Below, in pieces: positions 39,784 to 49,719 of a stretch of DNA of 64,000 bases. The stretch is from contig CBDCTK010000002.1 of NCBI GenBank assembly GCA_965222225.1, positions 5,312,001 to 5,376,000 of the forward strand, in the 5' to 3' direction. The stretch comes from Candidatus Poribacteria bacterium (GTDB lineage Bacteria > Poribacteria > WGA-4E > JAJDTR01). Below the pieces are notes generated by a model. The model ran no database searches. It was not told where the DNA came from and saw nothing but the letters and a program-made list of their open reading frames with translations. Each line of letters begins with the position of its first letter. Position 1 is the stretch's first letter. A program made the translations under genes and the position numbers.

Positions 39784-39841
39784 GCGCTGTGCATTGCTCA
39801 CATTAACTCGGAACTACCACGGGTGAATCGACAAGCAGGTT

Positions 39842-39877
39842 TGCCGTTCAAGGGTTATAACAATCTCTTGAACGGCA
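39842..39877. terminator. Hairpin / possible terminator
   Basis: TGCCGTTCAAG...CTTGAACGGCA; no clear T-tract. Confidence 0.45.
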
Positions 39878-40098
39878 GAATCTGGGAGTTTGTTTGAAAC
39901 TTTATTTTGGGTAGAGTCATTTGCCTTGAAATCAATCATGGGAATCGATAGTAATTGCGATAGAGCTCCTATAGAGATTCGGAATTAGTAGCTTGTAGCT
40001 TTTAGACTGACGACAAACATAAAACTTGGTACCCTGTCGTAAATCTTTTCGTCGCACGTAGATGTCCATAGTGACTATTCTTCTCGTAGGAGTTTGCT

Positions 40099-40953
40099 AT
40101 GGACATTTTGAATCTTATGAAAGAGTTTCCAAATCAAGAATCTTGTCTCAGATTTATAGAGGAAAAACGTTGGAAGGACGGTGTTTGCTGTATCCACTGT
40201 GGCAGTGAAAAAGTTGGACGCAAGAACAGAAACGACATTACTACTGGTTGGAATTGCTACGATTGTGAATCTAGCTTTTCGGCTACAGCAGGAACCATCT
40301 TCCATGGTACCAAGATACCTCTCCAGAAATGGTTTTTGGCTATCTCAATCCTTTCCAATGCCAAGAAAAACATATCGAGTTGTCAGCTTGCTCGTGACTT
40401 GGACATGAATCAAAAGTCCGCTTGGTATATGGCAATGCGCCTCCGTGAGAAAATGAGTGATAGTGATGAATTGCTGAAAGGGATAGTTGAAGCGGACGAA
40501 ACCTATGTCGGCGGCAAACCCAGAGCAAAATCTAAGAGAGGTAGAGGCACAAATAAATCTCCCGTCATCGGCGTAGTCGAGAGAGGCGGTCGGGTGGTTG
40601 CTAAATTCATGAAGGTTCTATCTGGTGAAAATATCAGAGAATTCATCCTTAGCAATGTCTCACCCGATGAGTCTATTCTTATGACTGATGAATTTCGCTC
40701 TTACAATAGTCTGGACGAAGATATCGAAAGACATGTTATCCATCACCAAGAGAGATATGTTTCTGAGGACGGCGTAACTCACACCAATACCATCGAGTCG
40801 GTTTGGGCTTGTGTCAAGAGGTCATTCTACGGAACGCATCATCACTACAGCAAGAAGTGGCTGCCACTGTATATCATGGAGTCTTGCTGGAAATATAATC
40901 GCAGAAAAGATGATGAGATTTTCATAAGATTTTTTGATGAATGCTTCACCTGA
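40099..40953 (+). CDS. IS1595-family transposase
   Basis: Zn ribbon C..C/C..C, VEADETYVGG, MTDE, HTNTIES.W. Confidence 0.95.
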   Translation: MDILNLMKEFPNQESCLRFIEEKRWKDGVCCIHCGSEKVGRKNRNDITTGWNCYDCESSFSATAGTIFHGTKIPLQKWFLAISILSNAKKNISSCQLARDLDMNQKSAWYMAMRLREKMSDSDELLKGIVEADETYVGGKPRAKSKRGRGTNKSPVIGVVERGGRVVAKFMKVLSGENIREFILSNVSPDESILMTDEFRSYNSLDEDIERHVIHHQERYVSEDGVTHTNTIESVWACVKRSFYGTHHHYSKKWLPLYIMESCWKYNRRKDDEIFIRFFDECFT

Positions 40954-40971
40954 GCCACATGAATTGTTTGG

Positions 40972-41094
40972 CTATCGGTATATTCTGTCAACGACAGCAT
41001 CATGGTATGATGTAAATCCCATAGTGTTGGAAATTAAAATCCCGCAGATAACCCGCAATGCTCCCGCGAGCATGTACAAACGCTTGGTCAACAT
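40972..41094 (-). CDS. Putative 40-aa passenger peptide in IS copy 1
   Basis: GGAGG SD; MLTKRLYMLAGALRVICGILISNTMGFTSYHDAVVDRIYR. Confidence 0.4.
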   Translation of the reverse strand: MLTKRLYMLAGALRVICGILISNTMGFTSYHDAVVDRIYR

Positions 41095-41228
41095 GATATG
41101 CCTCCATTTCTCTCTTATAGAGATGTATTTTAGTGTGAATCAAGATTCCGAACACTGTCTAAAGTTATTGTACATTAAGAAAAGAAAAGCAAGCAAATCA
41201 ACCAAAAAGCAGTTAACTACTAAGTCCC

Positions 41229-41372
41229 TAGAGATTTCCTCAAACGAGTGACTAGATCAATCGACTGAATAAAGAACACGGTAGAAATCGCGCTGTAATA
41301 GGGTTCCCATAAAAATTTTCACCAGCCTTTGAAAGGCCCTGCGTGAGATCAAGCGAGCGGATAGCGATTCCC
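41229..41372 (+). repeat. Mini-element copies (41255, 41347), continuing the repeat tract split by the IS
   Basis: Left part is GCGATAGAGCTCCTATAGAGATT at 39957-39979. Confidence 0.7.
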
Positions 41373-41514
41373 TAGGTGTATAGCAATACTAAGTCACTTC
41401 ACATCAAATTCCAGGCGGGGCGGCAAGTGTATAACAACTGAGGTAAGTGTTTGTGCCGTTTTCTTGGATAGCTCCCGCTGCCGACCCTTGGTTCCAGAGA
41501 ATAAAACAGAGGAA

Positions 41515-41659
41515 CGACATGCTGCACGGTGTCGGAAACCGCTGTCAACTATTTAAATGGTCAATCAACAAGGCCAGATAATCGAAATCTTCCCTGCTTT
41601 TGTTCAACGCTTGATTGGCGCTGTATGTTGTGCCGTTCGAATGTAAAGAGTCGAGCTAA
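41515..41659. repeat. MITE/IS remnant, right part (homologous to 60716-60863)
   Basis: Shared ~150 bp ending in ATGTA(A/C)A(G/A)AGTCGAGCTAA. Confidence 0.6.
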
Positions 41660-41675
41660 TACCTTATGAGAAATT

Positions 41676-42980
41676 ATGATGCTCTCTAGACAGATATTCC
41701 GCATAGTTTTCATCTCTATACTGATTGTGTGCGCGGTGGATTCGGCGCGATCACGCACATTCGATCAAATTATCGCCTATGTCAATGACGAAGTCATAAC
41801 GAATTGGGAACTTGAAAACTTGGTGAAGCAGCGTGCCCTCGAACTTATCCAAATCCACAATTTTAGTAAGCGTGAAGCAGCCGAAAAAGCGCGACAAGAA
41901 CGACATGAACTGCTGGATCGCTTGATTCGCCAGATGCTTCTTGTGGAAACAGCCCTGACCTTGAAGGTTGAAATTACTAACGAAGAATTGGAGATGCATA
42001 TCAAAACCTTCAAGCAACGAGCAAAGATCGAGACACAAGAAGAATTCGTCAAGCAATTGAAAGAGGAAGGTTATACCCTAACCGGTTTCCGTGAACAGTC
42101 CAAGCGAAACCTGATGGCAGAACGACTTCTGGAAAGGCGAATTTTTCCAAGATTGCAGGTCAGGGATAGCGATGTCTTAAAGTTTTTTGAAGAAAACCGC
42201 GATCGATTTACAACCAAATCGGATAACCTGCAGCTGAGGCACATCCTTATTGCGTTTAAGCCCTCCGAAGCCGATCGAGAGGAGGCATTAAATAAGGCGG
42301 AGGTCGCTTTTCAAGCAGCTAAAGACGGAGCCGATTTCGAGGCGCTTGCAAAACGCTATTCTAAAGGGCAGCACGGGGACCTAAAGCCGGGGCCTGCGAT
42401 CGAATTAACGATTGATGATGTCGATACACTCCCTAAGCCGTTTCGCGAATCGCTCCAAATGCTAAATGAAAACGACATTGGCGATCCGGTTGAAGACAAG
42501 AATGAAATCTTTATTTTCAAGATAGAACGCAAGACCGTCCAAACTGTTGAATTCCGCTATCTTGTCATCAGGTTAACCGTGGGGGAAGAAGCTATCCAAG
42601 CTGCTCAAGAGCGCGCCGATCTTGTTTATCAGAAACTTATACAAGGGGAAGATTTCAATGCCTTGGCAAGCCGCTACTCGGACGATACACAAACAAAAGC
42701 GAATGGCGGAGATCTCGGCAGTCATTCAATTAATAAGTTGGCTCCCGAAACGCGAAACGTAGTAGAAAAACTCGAAGTCGGAGAGTTTCAAGCCCCTGTC
42801 AAAATGAAGTTTGGCTTCCAAATCTTTAAAGTCGATGCTCGGACGCCGCCAGAATTGAACGATGTAGAAAAAGATCAAATCCGTTCGATGCTGCGTCAAC
42901 AGAAATTCGAGGAAGAATGGAAAGTGTACACGGACATGCTGCTTGGGAACGCCTATGTAAAAATCAAACCCCTTGACTAA
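41676..42980 (+). CDS. surA: SurA-like periplasmic chaperone/PPIase
   Basis: DQIIAYVNDEVIT, SurA-N domain, two parvulin domains (RHILI, LASRYSDD...GGDLG). Confidence 0.85.
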   Translation: MMLSRQIFRIVFISILIVCAVDSARSRTFDQIIAYVNDEVITNWELENLVKQRALELIQIHNFSKREAAEKARQERHELLDRLIRQMLLVETALTLKVEITNEELEMHIKTFKQRAKIETQEEFVKQLKEEGYTLTGFREQSKRNLMAERLLERRIFPRLQVRDSDVLKFFEENRDRFTTKSDNLQLRHILIAFKPSEADREEALNKAEVAFQAAKDGADFEALAKRYSKGQHGDLKPGPAIELTIDDVDTLPKPFRESLQMLNENDIGDPVEDKNEIFIFKIERKTVQTVEFRYLVIRLTVGEEAIQAAQERADLVYQKLIQGEDFNALASRYSDDTQTKANGGDLGSHSINKLAPETRNVVEKLEVGEFQAPVKMKFGFQIFKVDARTPPELNDVEKDQIRSMLRQQKFEEEWKVYTDMLLGNAYVKIKPLD

Positions 42981-43133
42981 GCGGTTTATTTTCTAAGTAT
43001 TTAAGGCTTACGGGACTAGCACAACAGACTAGTTCCGCAACCCCTGCAGGACAAGTTTCCAGTTCGCCCCCGGAGATCTGCCACTTAACTACGGAGGCAT
43101 ATAATACTGCTACAAGCGTTTCGCTCCAGCGGA

Positions 43134-43336
43134 GATCAAAGGAGTGAATAACGACTGCGATAGGGATCTTCCATTTTACCCTGTCTTAGTAGTCTATTCT
43201 CCAGCTAGTTAATACTTACGACTGCCACAAGAGACATGTTTCGCAACCCCTACGAGCCTTTACGCATAGCCAGTTCTAATCCGTGAAATCCTTTAATCCG
43301 ATCAACTGACTGGACAAGGAAGGCGATAGGGAATCC
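43134..43336 (+). repeat. Two mini-element copies (43134-43172, 43300-43336)
   Basis: GATCAAAGGAGTGAATAACGACTGCGATAG and GATCAACTGACTGGACAAGGAAGGCGATAG. Confidence 0.85.
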
Positions 43337-43570
43337 TGATTCAGACAATTAGTAAAATTCGCATGCCTCATACCTTATACTTTTAACGAATCGACCACTG
43401 AGGTCAGTTGGGGACTTGGCTGAAGTAGCAGATGGGAGAAGACCATTACTGTTGATTGTCACTAATCTTGGACTCCGACACTCGCGGCGGTTTGACCTAT
43501 CATATCAACGGCATGTTGAAGAAGGATGGGGAGTTTGTAGCGCTTGTAAATGGCATAAAGTAGGCAGGAA

Positions 43571-46500
43571 ATGAGGAAGCGAGGAAGGCGGAGTATTGAA
43601 CTAGGAAGCAGGCAACGCAACCAGTCAAACCAAAGTTGGGGCATTCAATTCCACGTCTTGGGGTTCAACCTCTATCTTCCACATCGCGTCCTGCTCAGAG
43701 TTCATCACCTTCTGCCGAAGATATTCTCCTTCTATCATGTTGTCTCTTGTGCGTTTGGCAATGCACAACACCTGATATTACGAGTTTTTCTGAAGCCCGC
43801 GTTCTTGGTCGGGTTTGCTTGCCTATTCCTCCCGATTGATACCGTCCTCGCCCAAGTTCAATCCACCCCTCCAAACGATGCAAGCGAAGTATCCACTTCC
43901 TCTCCAGAAGACCCATCTAAAACAGATGAAGCCGCGAATCTCTCGTTAACTGACGTAGAGAAATCTTCCACCGCCAGGCTGGATCCGAGGGGTACTGCGC
44001 CTGAGAAGGAAACCGTTATCGGAGACGGTGATAAGATGTTCATGTCAGATAACTTCGTCCAAATTCACGGCAACGCGTTGATAAAATCCGAAGATGTTGT
44101 ACTATATGCCGATCACATCTGGGCAGATTTCGACGACAACATCATGCGCGCCACGGGAAATGTGAGGCTCATTGTCGGTAAAGAGGAGACTTTTGCCGAT
44201 GAACTAATCTTTGATCTTGAAACGAAAAAAGGTATCGCACGCGATGGATTCACGTTTGATGATCCATGGTATTTTGGCGGCTCCGAAATCTTCAAGATTG
44301 AAGACGACGAGTCCTACATCCGCGGAGGCAGGTTGACAACCTGTTCCTTGAAGCAGCCGCATTTTTATTTCTCCGCATCCCAAATCATCGTCAAAATCAA
44401 TAAGGAGTTGATTGCTAAGAACATTGTGCTAAACGTCGGAGGGGTACCGCTTTTCTACTTCCCTCTAATTCGTCGTGACCTTCGAAAAAAGGACAAACTT
44501 GCCAAAATCATTGTTAAACTCGGCACCGATAGTTATCAAGGCCCCTACCTTAGTATCATTCTACCAGTTTTTCGCCATTACCGGTATTCGGCGGAACTGC
44601 TGTTCGAGCAGAGCACCAGACGCGGTAGTGGAGGAGGAACGCAAGCCAAATACCGTGTGAACGATGTTAAATTCCAAGAACTTTTCATTCCGGTTCCGCC
44701 TGAAGCAACGCCGGGGCAGCGAGCGCAACTTAAGGAAAAGGCGGATGAACTTTCGGATCGCTTGCGAGGAGAATACGATAGATTCAAGCTGCGCGAAGTT
44801 TTCTTGAAGTATCAAATCAAAGACATAGATATTGAACGGGCACGTGAGAGTGTTGAGACTGTATACAGCCAACTCCGGGAGGAAAACGTAGATTTCGGCG
44901 AGATTGCTCAGCAACAGTCAGACCATCAAGAATCGCGCTATCGGCAGGGCGATATGGGCTTCCTCGTCCCGGGCGAACGCGACAAGGAAGGTAGGCTGAA
45001 GCTGGAACCCGCTCTTGAGCAAGTGGCGTTCCGTCTCCAGCCAGGCGAAATGAGCCCGATTCTGCGAACCGATTTTGCCTTTCACATTCTCAAGATAGAC
45101 CAAGTGCTTGATATTTATGGGGAACGCGAAGTTCAAGTGCGGCGCATTGACATCGCTATCAAACCAAGCGAGGAAACTCGAGACGCTATTCGAGCGGTCG
45201 GGAAAGAGCTTCAAGAGCGGGCAACCGCCGGTGAGCCGCTTGAAGGACTTGTCGCCGAATTCGATGGCGCCGAGATAGATGTTGTAAATGGTGGAGAATT
45301 GACACACTTGAACGAAATGGATCAGCGGTGGCGACATTCGGTTCGACGCCTAAAGCAGCCCGGTGAAATTACGCTGCCAGTCAATACCGACCGGGGTGTC
45401 CATATCTTTCAACTGATTGAGAGGGAATCCACACCCACATTTGAACAGGTCGCTCGGCAATTTGAAGCGGAATGGGAAGTGCTAAAACAGGAATTGCCTG
45501 CCCTAGAAACAAAGCCGAATCCAGACAAGGATGAGGGAAGGTTTGAAAGTACAAGGCGTGTTGAAAGTTCCGCGTATGCAAAAGGTGACTCGGACAGTGC
45601 CGAAGCTCTCTCGGAAGATGGAGAAGAGGAGGAAGAGATACAGGTCTATCAACAACACGGCTTCCGTGGCAAGTGGGAAGATCCGCAGGCAGTTGCGACG
45701 CAGGCACAAAGGCTTGATCGCGGAGAAACTAGCCGCGTCATCAAAGCCCCCGACGGATTTCGCCTGATAAAAGTGGAAAAAAAACGAGCCTATCGTGGCG
45801 ATTTTCTATTCCTGTCCCAAGATAAATACTCGGGATCGCGCCGAGAGCCAATCAAAACCGGGCAACAATGGACAATGCGATGGGGACACCATCATAAAAT
45901 CTTTACGCCTTGGGATAATCGACAGGAGGGACGGAGTCCGTTGAGTTTCAACGGACGTATGGCATGGTATGCGAGAACCTTCAAAGAGGGATACGGCACG
46001 CCCGAATCGACCATCAATTCCTTCGGGGTCTTCACATGGGGATCTGCCCTGACGGGGGTAGATTCTCATGACCTTGATCCCGATGAGAATCTCAAATTTT
46101 CGCGCAAGCGATTTGGGTCTTTTCTCTCGCGCCTTGAGGTCAAACACACATTGGATCTCACGGGCGAAGGTACGACAATTCTCCAGAAACTGCCCCAACT
46201 AACGATGCAATTTTCCCAAATGCAATTCGATCAACTTCCACTGTTCAAAACAGTCAATTCCGGGTTGACCAAGGCTGCCAAAAAACTGGATACGGATTTT
46301 CCAGTCCTTTCGATGTTTGCTTTTCCGACCCTCGACAATACACGCTTCGACCTTGACGTTGAATTTGGCAATTTCTTCAAGCAGCGATTCCGAGATGAAA
46401 GGGATATTTTCTTGCAAACGCTGGATCTTGGATTCGATCTTACAAAACAAACCACGATTCAGATAACGCCGTACCGAGAATTCCGCTTTGATTTGAGCTA

Positions 46501-47449
46501 CGATAGCAACCTGATTTGGCATGCGAAAGATACTGAGGGCAATCGGAACATCATCCGTGGCGTTCATAGTTTGAGAGCGAGAGGCAGTAACACCCTGTTT
46601 AGAATTTATGACATCAGCTTTATCCCGGGTGCGCGACGCATGCGCCATCAAATCCAGTCGAGCCTTTCGTTTGATTATCAACCCCCTGTCGACAGGGACA
46701 ACAACCTATATCAATTTGCGCCAAGCACGTTCTTCTTTGAGAGAAAGAGGCTCTCCTATAATTTCCGTACCAGTTTTGAAGTAAAAACTCGGCGTAGCAA
46801 AAGACCCTTGTCCCTGCTTGATTTCGATACAAGGCTACGGGCAGATTTTAGCGAGAACACCGTGAGGGGGCGCACATATGAACCAATCAGAAGCGACGTA
46901 ACGATTACACCGTTGGCGAGCCGTAACCTACGAATTAGTTTTAACATGACCAACGACCCGAATCTAGATCCTGCAAACGGCAAGCGCTTCAAAATGGTCG
47001 AATTCGCATCTAACGTCCGTTATAGTCGTAAGAAGTGGAACATGAGTCTCGGAAGTTCCTTCAGTAAGCGGCTTGCCTCAACGCGAGCATCGCGGAACAT
47101 TATTGGAAGCTTCCGCTTTGCGCCGAACCGGTTACTGAATCTCAGTGCTAGTCTCACATATAACTGGATTGAACGTCAGTTTTACCGCCAACAGATATCC
47201 ATTCAGCGAAATCTGCACGATTGGAATCTGCGCTTGTCGTGGTATCGTATCGGCATCAAGCGCAGCGCATCTGCCAATAATGTACGACAAGATTTCACAC
47301 TTCAACTGAATTTAATCGCGGATCCCACCGCATCGGTCGGGTTCGGCTACGACGCCACGACGGAGACGTGGGGCTTCAGGACATTACCCGCCGGTGTACC
47401 CTACAACGCCTTCAGCGCTCGGAACGCGCTTAGCAGATCCTATTTCTAA
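43571..47449 (+). CDS. lptD: LptD-like outer-membrane protein with inserted parvulin domains (start uncertain)
   Basis: OstA-like jellyroll, TTCSL..PHF, GGVPLFYFP, barrel strands, C-terminal RNLHDW; rotamase motifs at ~44660-45800. Confidence 0.82.
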   Translation: MRKRGRRSIELGSRQRNQSNQSWGIQFHVLGFNLYLPHRVLLRVHHLLPKIFSFYHVVSCAFGNAQHLILRVFLKPAFLVGFACLFLPIDTVLAQVQSTPPNDASEVSTSSPEDPSKTDEAANLSLTDVEKSSTARLDPRGTAPEKETVIGDGDKMFMSDNFVQIHGNALIKSEDVVLYADHIWADFDDNIMRATGNVRLIVGKEETFADELIFDLETKKGIARDGFTFDDPWYFGGSEIFKIEDDESYIRGGRLTTCSLKQPHFYFSASQIIVKINKELIAKNIVLNVGGVPLFYFPLIRRDLRKKDKLAKIIVKLGTDSYQGPYLSIILPVFRHYRYSAELLFEQSTRRGSGGGTQAKYRVNDVKFQELFIPVPPEATPGQRAQLKEKADELSDRLRGEYDRFKLREVFLKYQIKDIDIERARESVETVYSQLREENVDFGEIAQQQSDHQESRYRQGDMGFLVPGERDKEGRLKLEPALEQVAFRLQPGEMSPILRTDFAFHILKIDQVLDIYGEREVQVRRIDIAIKPSEETRDAIRAVGKELQERATAGEPLEGLVAEFDGAEIDVVNGGELTHLNEMDQRWRHSVRRLKQPGEITLPVNTDRGVHIFQLIERESTPTFEQVARQFEAEWEVLKQELPALETKPNPDKDEGRFESTRRVESSAYAKGDSDSAEALSEDGEEEEEIQVYQQHGFRGKWEDPQAVATQAQRLDRGETSRVIKAPDGFRLIKVEKKRAYRGDFLFLSQDKYSGSRREPIKTGQQWTMRWGHHHKIFTPWDNRQEGRSPLSFNGRMAWYARTFKEGYGTPESTINSFGVFTWGSALTGVDSHDLDPDENLKFSRKRFGSFLSRLEVKHTLDLTGEGTTILQKLPQLTMQFSQMQFDQLPLFKTVNSGLTKAAKKLDTDFPVLSMFAFPTLDNTRFDLDVEFGNFFKQRFRDERDIFLQTLDLGFDLTKQTTIQITPYREFRFDLSYDSNLIWHAKDTEGNRNIIRGVHSLRARGSNTLFRIYDISFIPGARRMRHQIQSSLSFDYQPPVDRDNNLYQFAPSTFFFERKRLSYNFRTSFEVKTRRSKRPLSLLDFDTRLRADFSENTVRGRTYEPIRSDVTITPLASRNLRISFNMTNDPNLDPANGKRFKMVEFASNVRYSRKKWNMSLGSSFSKRLASTRASRNIIGSFRFAPNRLLNLSASLTYNWIERQFYRQQISIQRNLHDWNLRLSWYRIGIKRSASANNVRQDFTLQLNLIADPTASVGFGYDATTETWGFRTLPAGVPYNAFSARNALSRSYF

Positions 47450-47571
47450 ACCGGATTTCGCAGCATGTCGAATGCCTCATCACCAGCAGGTTTCCCTCCC
47501 CGGTACAAACGACATAACAGGAAACCATCGACACTGGACTATAATCATTGATAGAGATTTTATAGTCCGCT

Positions 47572-47831
47572 GTAGGAGCGATCAAGCGACCGATTAGGGA
47601 GTGCGATAGGAATCCTCTTCAAATCGCGACCGCGATACAGCTCCCATAGAGATGGCGCCACACCGCCTGTAGGCGAGGATTGAACGAGTGAATAACGAGT
47701 GTGCGATAAAGATTCCCTCAAGTGACTTAATAGGACCAACTGAGTGAATAACGAAGGAGCAACTGACCGATAGGGGAGGCGCTAGAGTTCCCATAGAAAA
47801 TCCCACGCGATAGAAGGCCTAGGGCGATAGC
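47572..47831 (+). repeat. REP plus mini-element cluster (47580, 47678, 47734 with a nested copy)
   Basis: GTAGGAGC[GATC...]..AATCGCGAC host; several heads and tails. Confidence 0.8.
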
Positions 47832-48009
47832 TTTTCTCCGAAATTCAAGCCATTAATGCACTGTCATTTTAAAGAAATGGTATAATATATCGGAATTAGT
47901 AGCTTGTAGCTTTTAGACTGACGACAAACATAAAACTTGGTACCCTGTCGTAAATCTTTTCGTCACACGTAGATGTCCATAGTGACTATTCTTCTCGTAG
48001 GAGTTTGCT

Positions 48010-48864
48010 ATGGACATTTTGAATCTTATGAAAGAGTTTCCAAATCAAGAATCTTGTCTCAGATTTATAGAGGAAAAACGTTGGAAGGACGGTGTTTGCT
48101 GTATCCACTGTGGCAGTGAAAAAGTTGGACGCAAGAACAAAAACGACATTACTACTGGTTGGAATTGCTACGATTGTGAATCTAGCTTTTCGGCTACAGC
48201 AGGAACCATCTTCCATGGTACCAAGATACCTCTCCAGAAATGGTTTTTGGCTATCTCAATTCTTTCCAATGCCAAGAAAAGCATATCGAGTTGTCAGCTT
48301 GCTCGTGACTTGGACATGAATCAAAAGTCCGCTTGGTATATGGCAATGCGCCTCCGTGAGAAAATGAGTGATAGTGATGAATTGCTGAAAGGGATAGTTG
48401 AAGCGGACGAAACCTATGTCGGCGGCAAACCCAGAGCAAAATCTAAGAGAGGTAGAGGCACAAATAAATCTCCCGTCATCGGCGTAGTCGAGAGAGGCGG
48501 TCGGGTGGTTGCTAAATTCATGAAGGTTCTATCTGGTGAAAATATCAGAGAATTCATCCTTAGCAATGTCTCACCCGATGAGTCTATTCTTATGACTGAT
48601 GAATTTCGCTCTTACAATAGTCTGGACGAAGATATCGAAAGACATGTTATCCATCACCAAGAGAGATATGTTTCTGAGGACGGCGTAACTCACACCAACA
48701 CCATCGAGTCGTTTTGGGCTTGTGTCAAGAGGTCATTCTACGGAACGCATCATCACTACAGCAAGAAGTGGCTGCCACTGTATATCATGGAGTCTTGCTG
48801 GAAATATAATCGCAGAAAAGATGATGAGATTTTCATAAGATTTTTTGATGAATGCTTCACCTGA
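48010..48864 (+). CDS. IS1595-family transposase
   Basis: 3 aa differences from copy 1. Confidence 0.95.
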   Translation: MDILNLMKEFPNQESCLRFIEEKRWKDGVCCIHCGSEKVGRKNKNDITTGWNCYDCESSFSATAGTIFHGTKIPLQKWFLAISILSNAKKSISSCQLARDLDMNQKSAWYMAMRLREKMSDSDELLKGIVEADETYVGGKPRAKSKRGRGTNKSPVIGVVERGGRVVAKFMKVLSGENIREFILSNVSPDESILMTDEFRSYNSLDEDIERHVIHHQERYVSEDGVTHTNTIESFWACVKRSFYGTHHHYSKKWLPLYIMESCWKYNRRKDDEIFIRFFDECFT

Positions 48865-48882
48865 GCCACATGAATTGTTTGG

Positions 48883-49005
48883 CTATCGGTATATTCTGTC
48901 AACGACAACATCATGGTGTGCTGAAAATCCCATAGTGTTGGAAATTAAAATCCCGCAGATAACCCGCAATGCTCCCGCGAGCATGTACAAACGCTTGGTC
49001 AACAT
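48883..49005 (-). CDS. Putative 40-aa passenger peptide in IS copy 2
   Basis: MLTKRLYMLAGALRVICGILISNTMGFSAHHDVVVDRIYR. Confidence 0.4.
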   Translation of the reverse strand: MLTKRLYMLAGALRVICGILISNTMGFSAHHDVVVDRIYR

Positions 49006-49149
49006 GATATGCCTCCATTTCTCTCTTATAGAGATGTATTTTAGTGTGAATCAAGATTCCGAACACTGTCTAAAATGATTGTACATTAAGAAGAGAAAAG
49101 CAAGCAAATCGACCAAAAAGCAGTTAACTACTAAGTCCCTAATATATTC

Positions 49150-49230
49150 ATGCCGAAAGACTTCGATTCCTCTTCAATTGTCACATGGCGCGCCGTGTTG
49201 ATTGGTCTCCTCTTGAATCCCGACAACAAT
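49150..49230 (+). pseudogene. 5' fragment of a membrane-protein gene
   Basis: MPKDFDSSSIVTWRAVLIGLLLNP, then the frame runs into repeat DNA. Confidence 0.4.
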
Positions 49231-49300
49231 CTCTCTCCGTTTCAACGCGGTTTTCTGCCTCTAGGTTCTATTGGCATCTATGTTAGGCGCGTGCATAATC

Positions 49301-49624
49301 GTAGGAGGATCAAAGGAATGAATAATGACTGCGATAGAACTCCCATGGAGGTCCCCACGCCCATCGGGTTGGGAGACCCAACGCCTTCGGATGCCGGTGC
49401 ATGCCTACCGATGGTTTGGGCCCTCGTCTCCCTCCAACGGATTAAGCTGTGTCTATATGCCAAAAGCACAGAGAGAACCCGTAGGAGCGGGGATCAACTG
49501 AGCGAATAGCGAAGGCGATAGAGATTTCCTCAAATGCGATCAAGCGACTGAACAAGGAGCGATCAAACGAGTGGATAGCGAGTGCGATAGAACTCCCATA
49601 GAAATCCCCTCTCCTGATCGCGAC
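49301..49624 (+). repeat. REP plus mini-element cluster (49308, 49492, 49538, 49561)
   Basis: Host GTAGGAGCG[...]CTCTCCTGATCGCGAC is split by three copies. Confidence 0.85.
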
Positions 49625-49719
49625 AGCCCATAGGTTGGGTTGAACCCCGTGAAACCTAACAATCAAGCTGTTCTCAATGACCGCCGGAATCCCGTGCCAA
49701 TGCACGTGATTCCCCATAG

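Larger units (their letters stand above)
39980..41228 (+). mobile_element. IS1595-family insertion sequence, copy 1 (1249 bp)
   Basis: Imperfect 24-bp terminal inverted repeats CGGAATTAGTAG../..CTACTAAGTCCC; 8-bp target duplication TAGAGATT. Confidence 0.93.
47891..49139 (+). mobile_element. IS1595-family insertion sequence, copy 2 (1249 bp)
   Basis: Same ends as copy 1; 8-bp target duplication TAATATAT. Confidence 0.93.

Noticed and set aside
39124-39801. Long antisense ORFs opposite real genes (also 17985-18533, 36113-36709)
   Set aside because: Shadow frames of well-supported genes on the other strand.
40934-41251. Plus-strand ORF after the transposase
   Set aside because: Length differs between the IS copies (105 vs 77 aa) and it runs past the IS end; the minus-strand ORF has the better SD.
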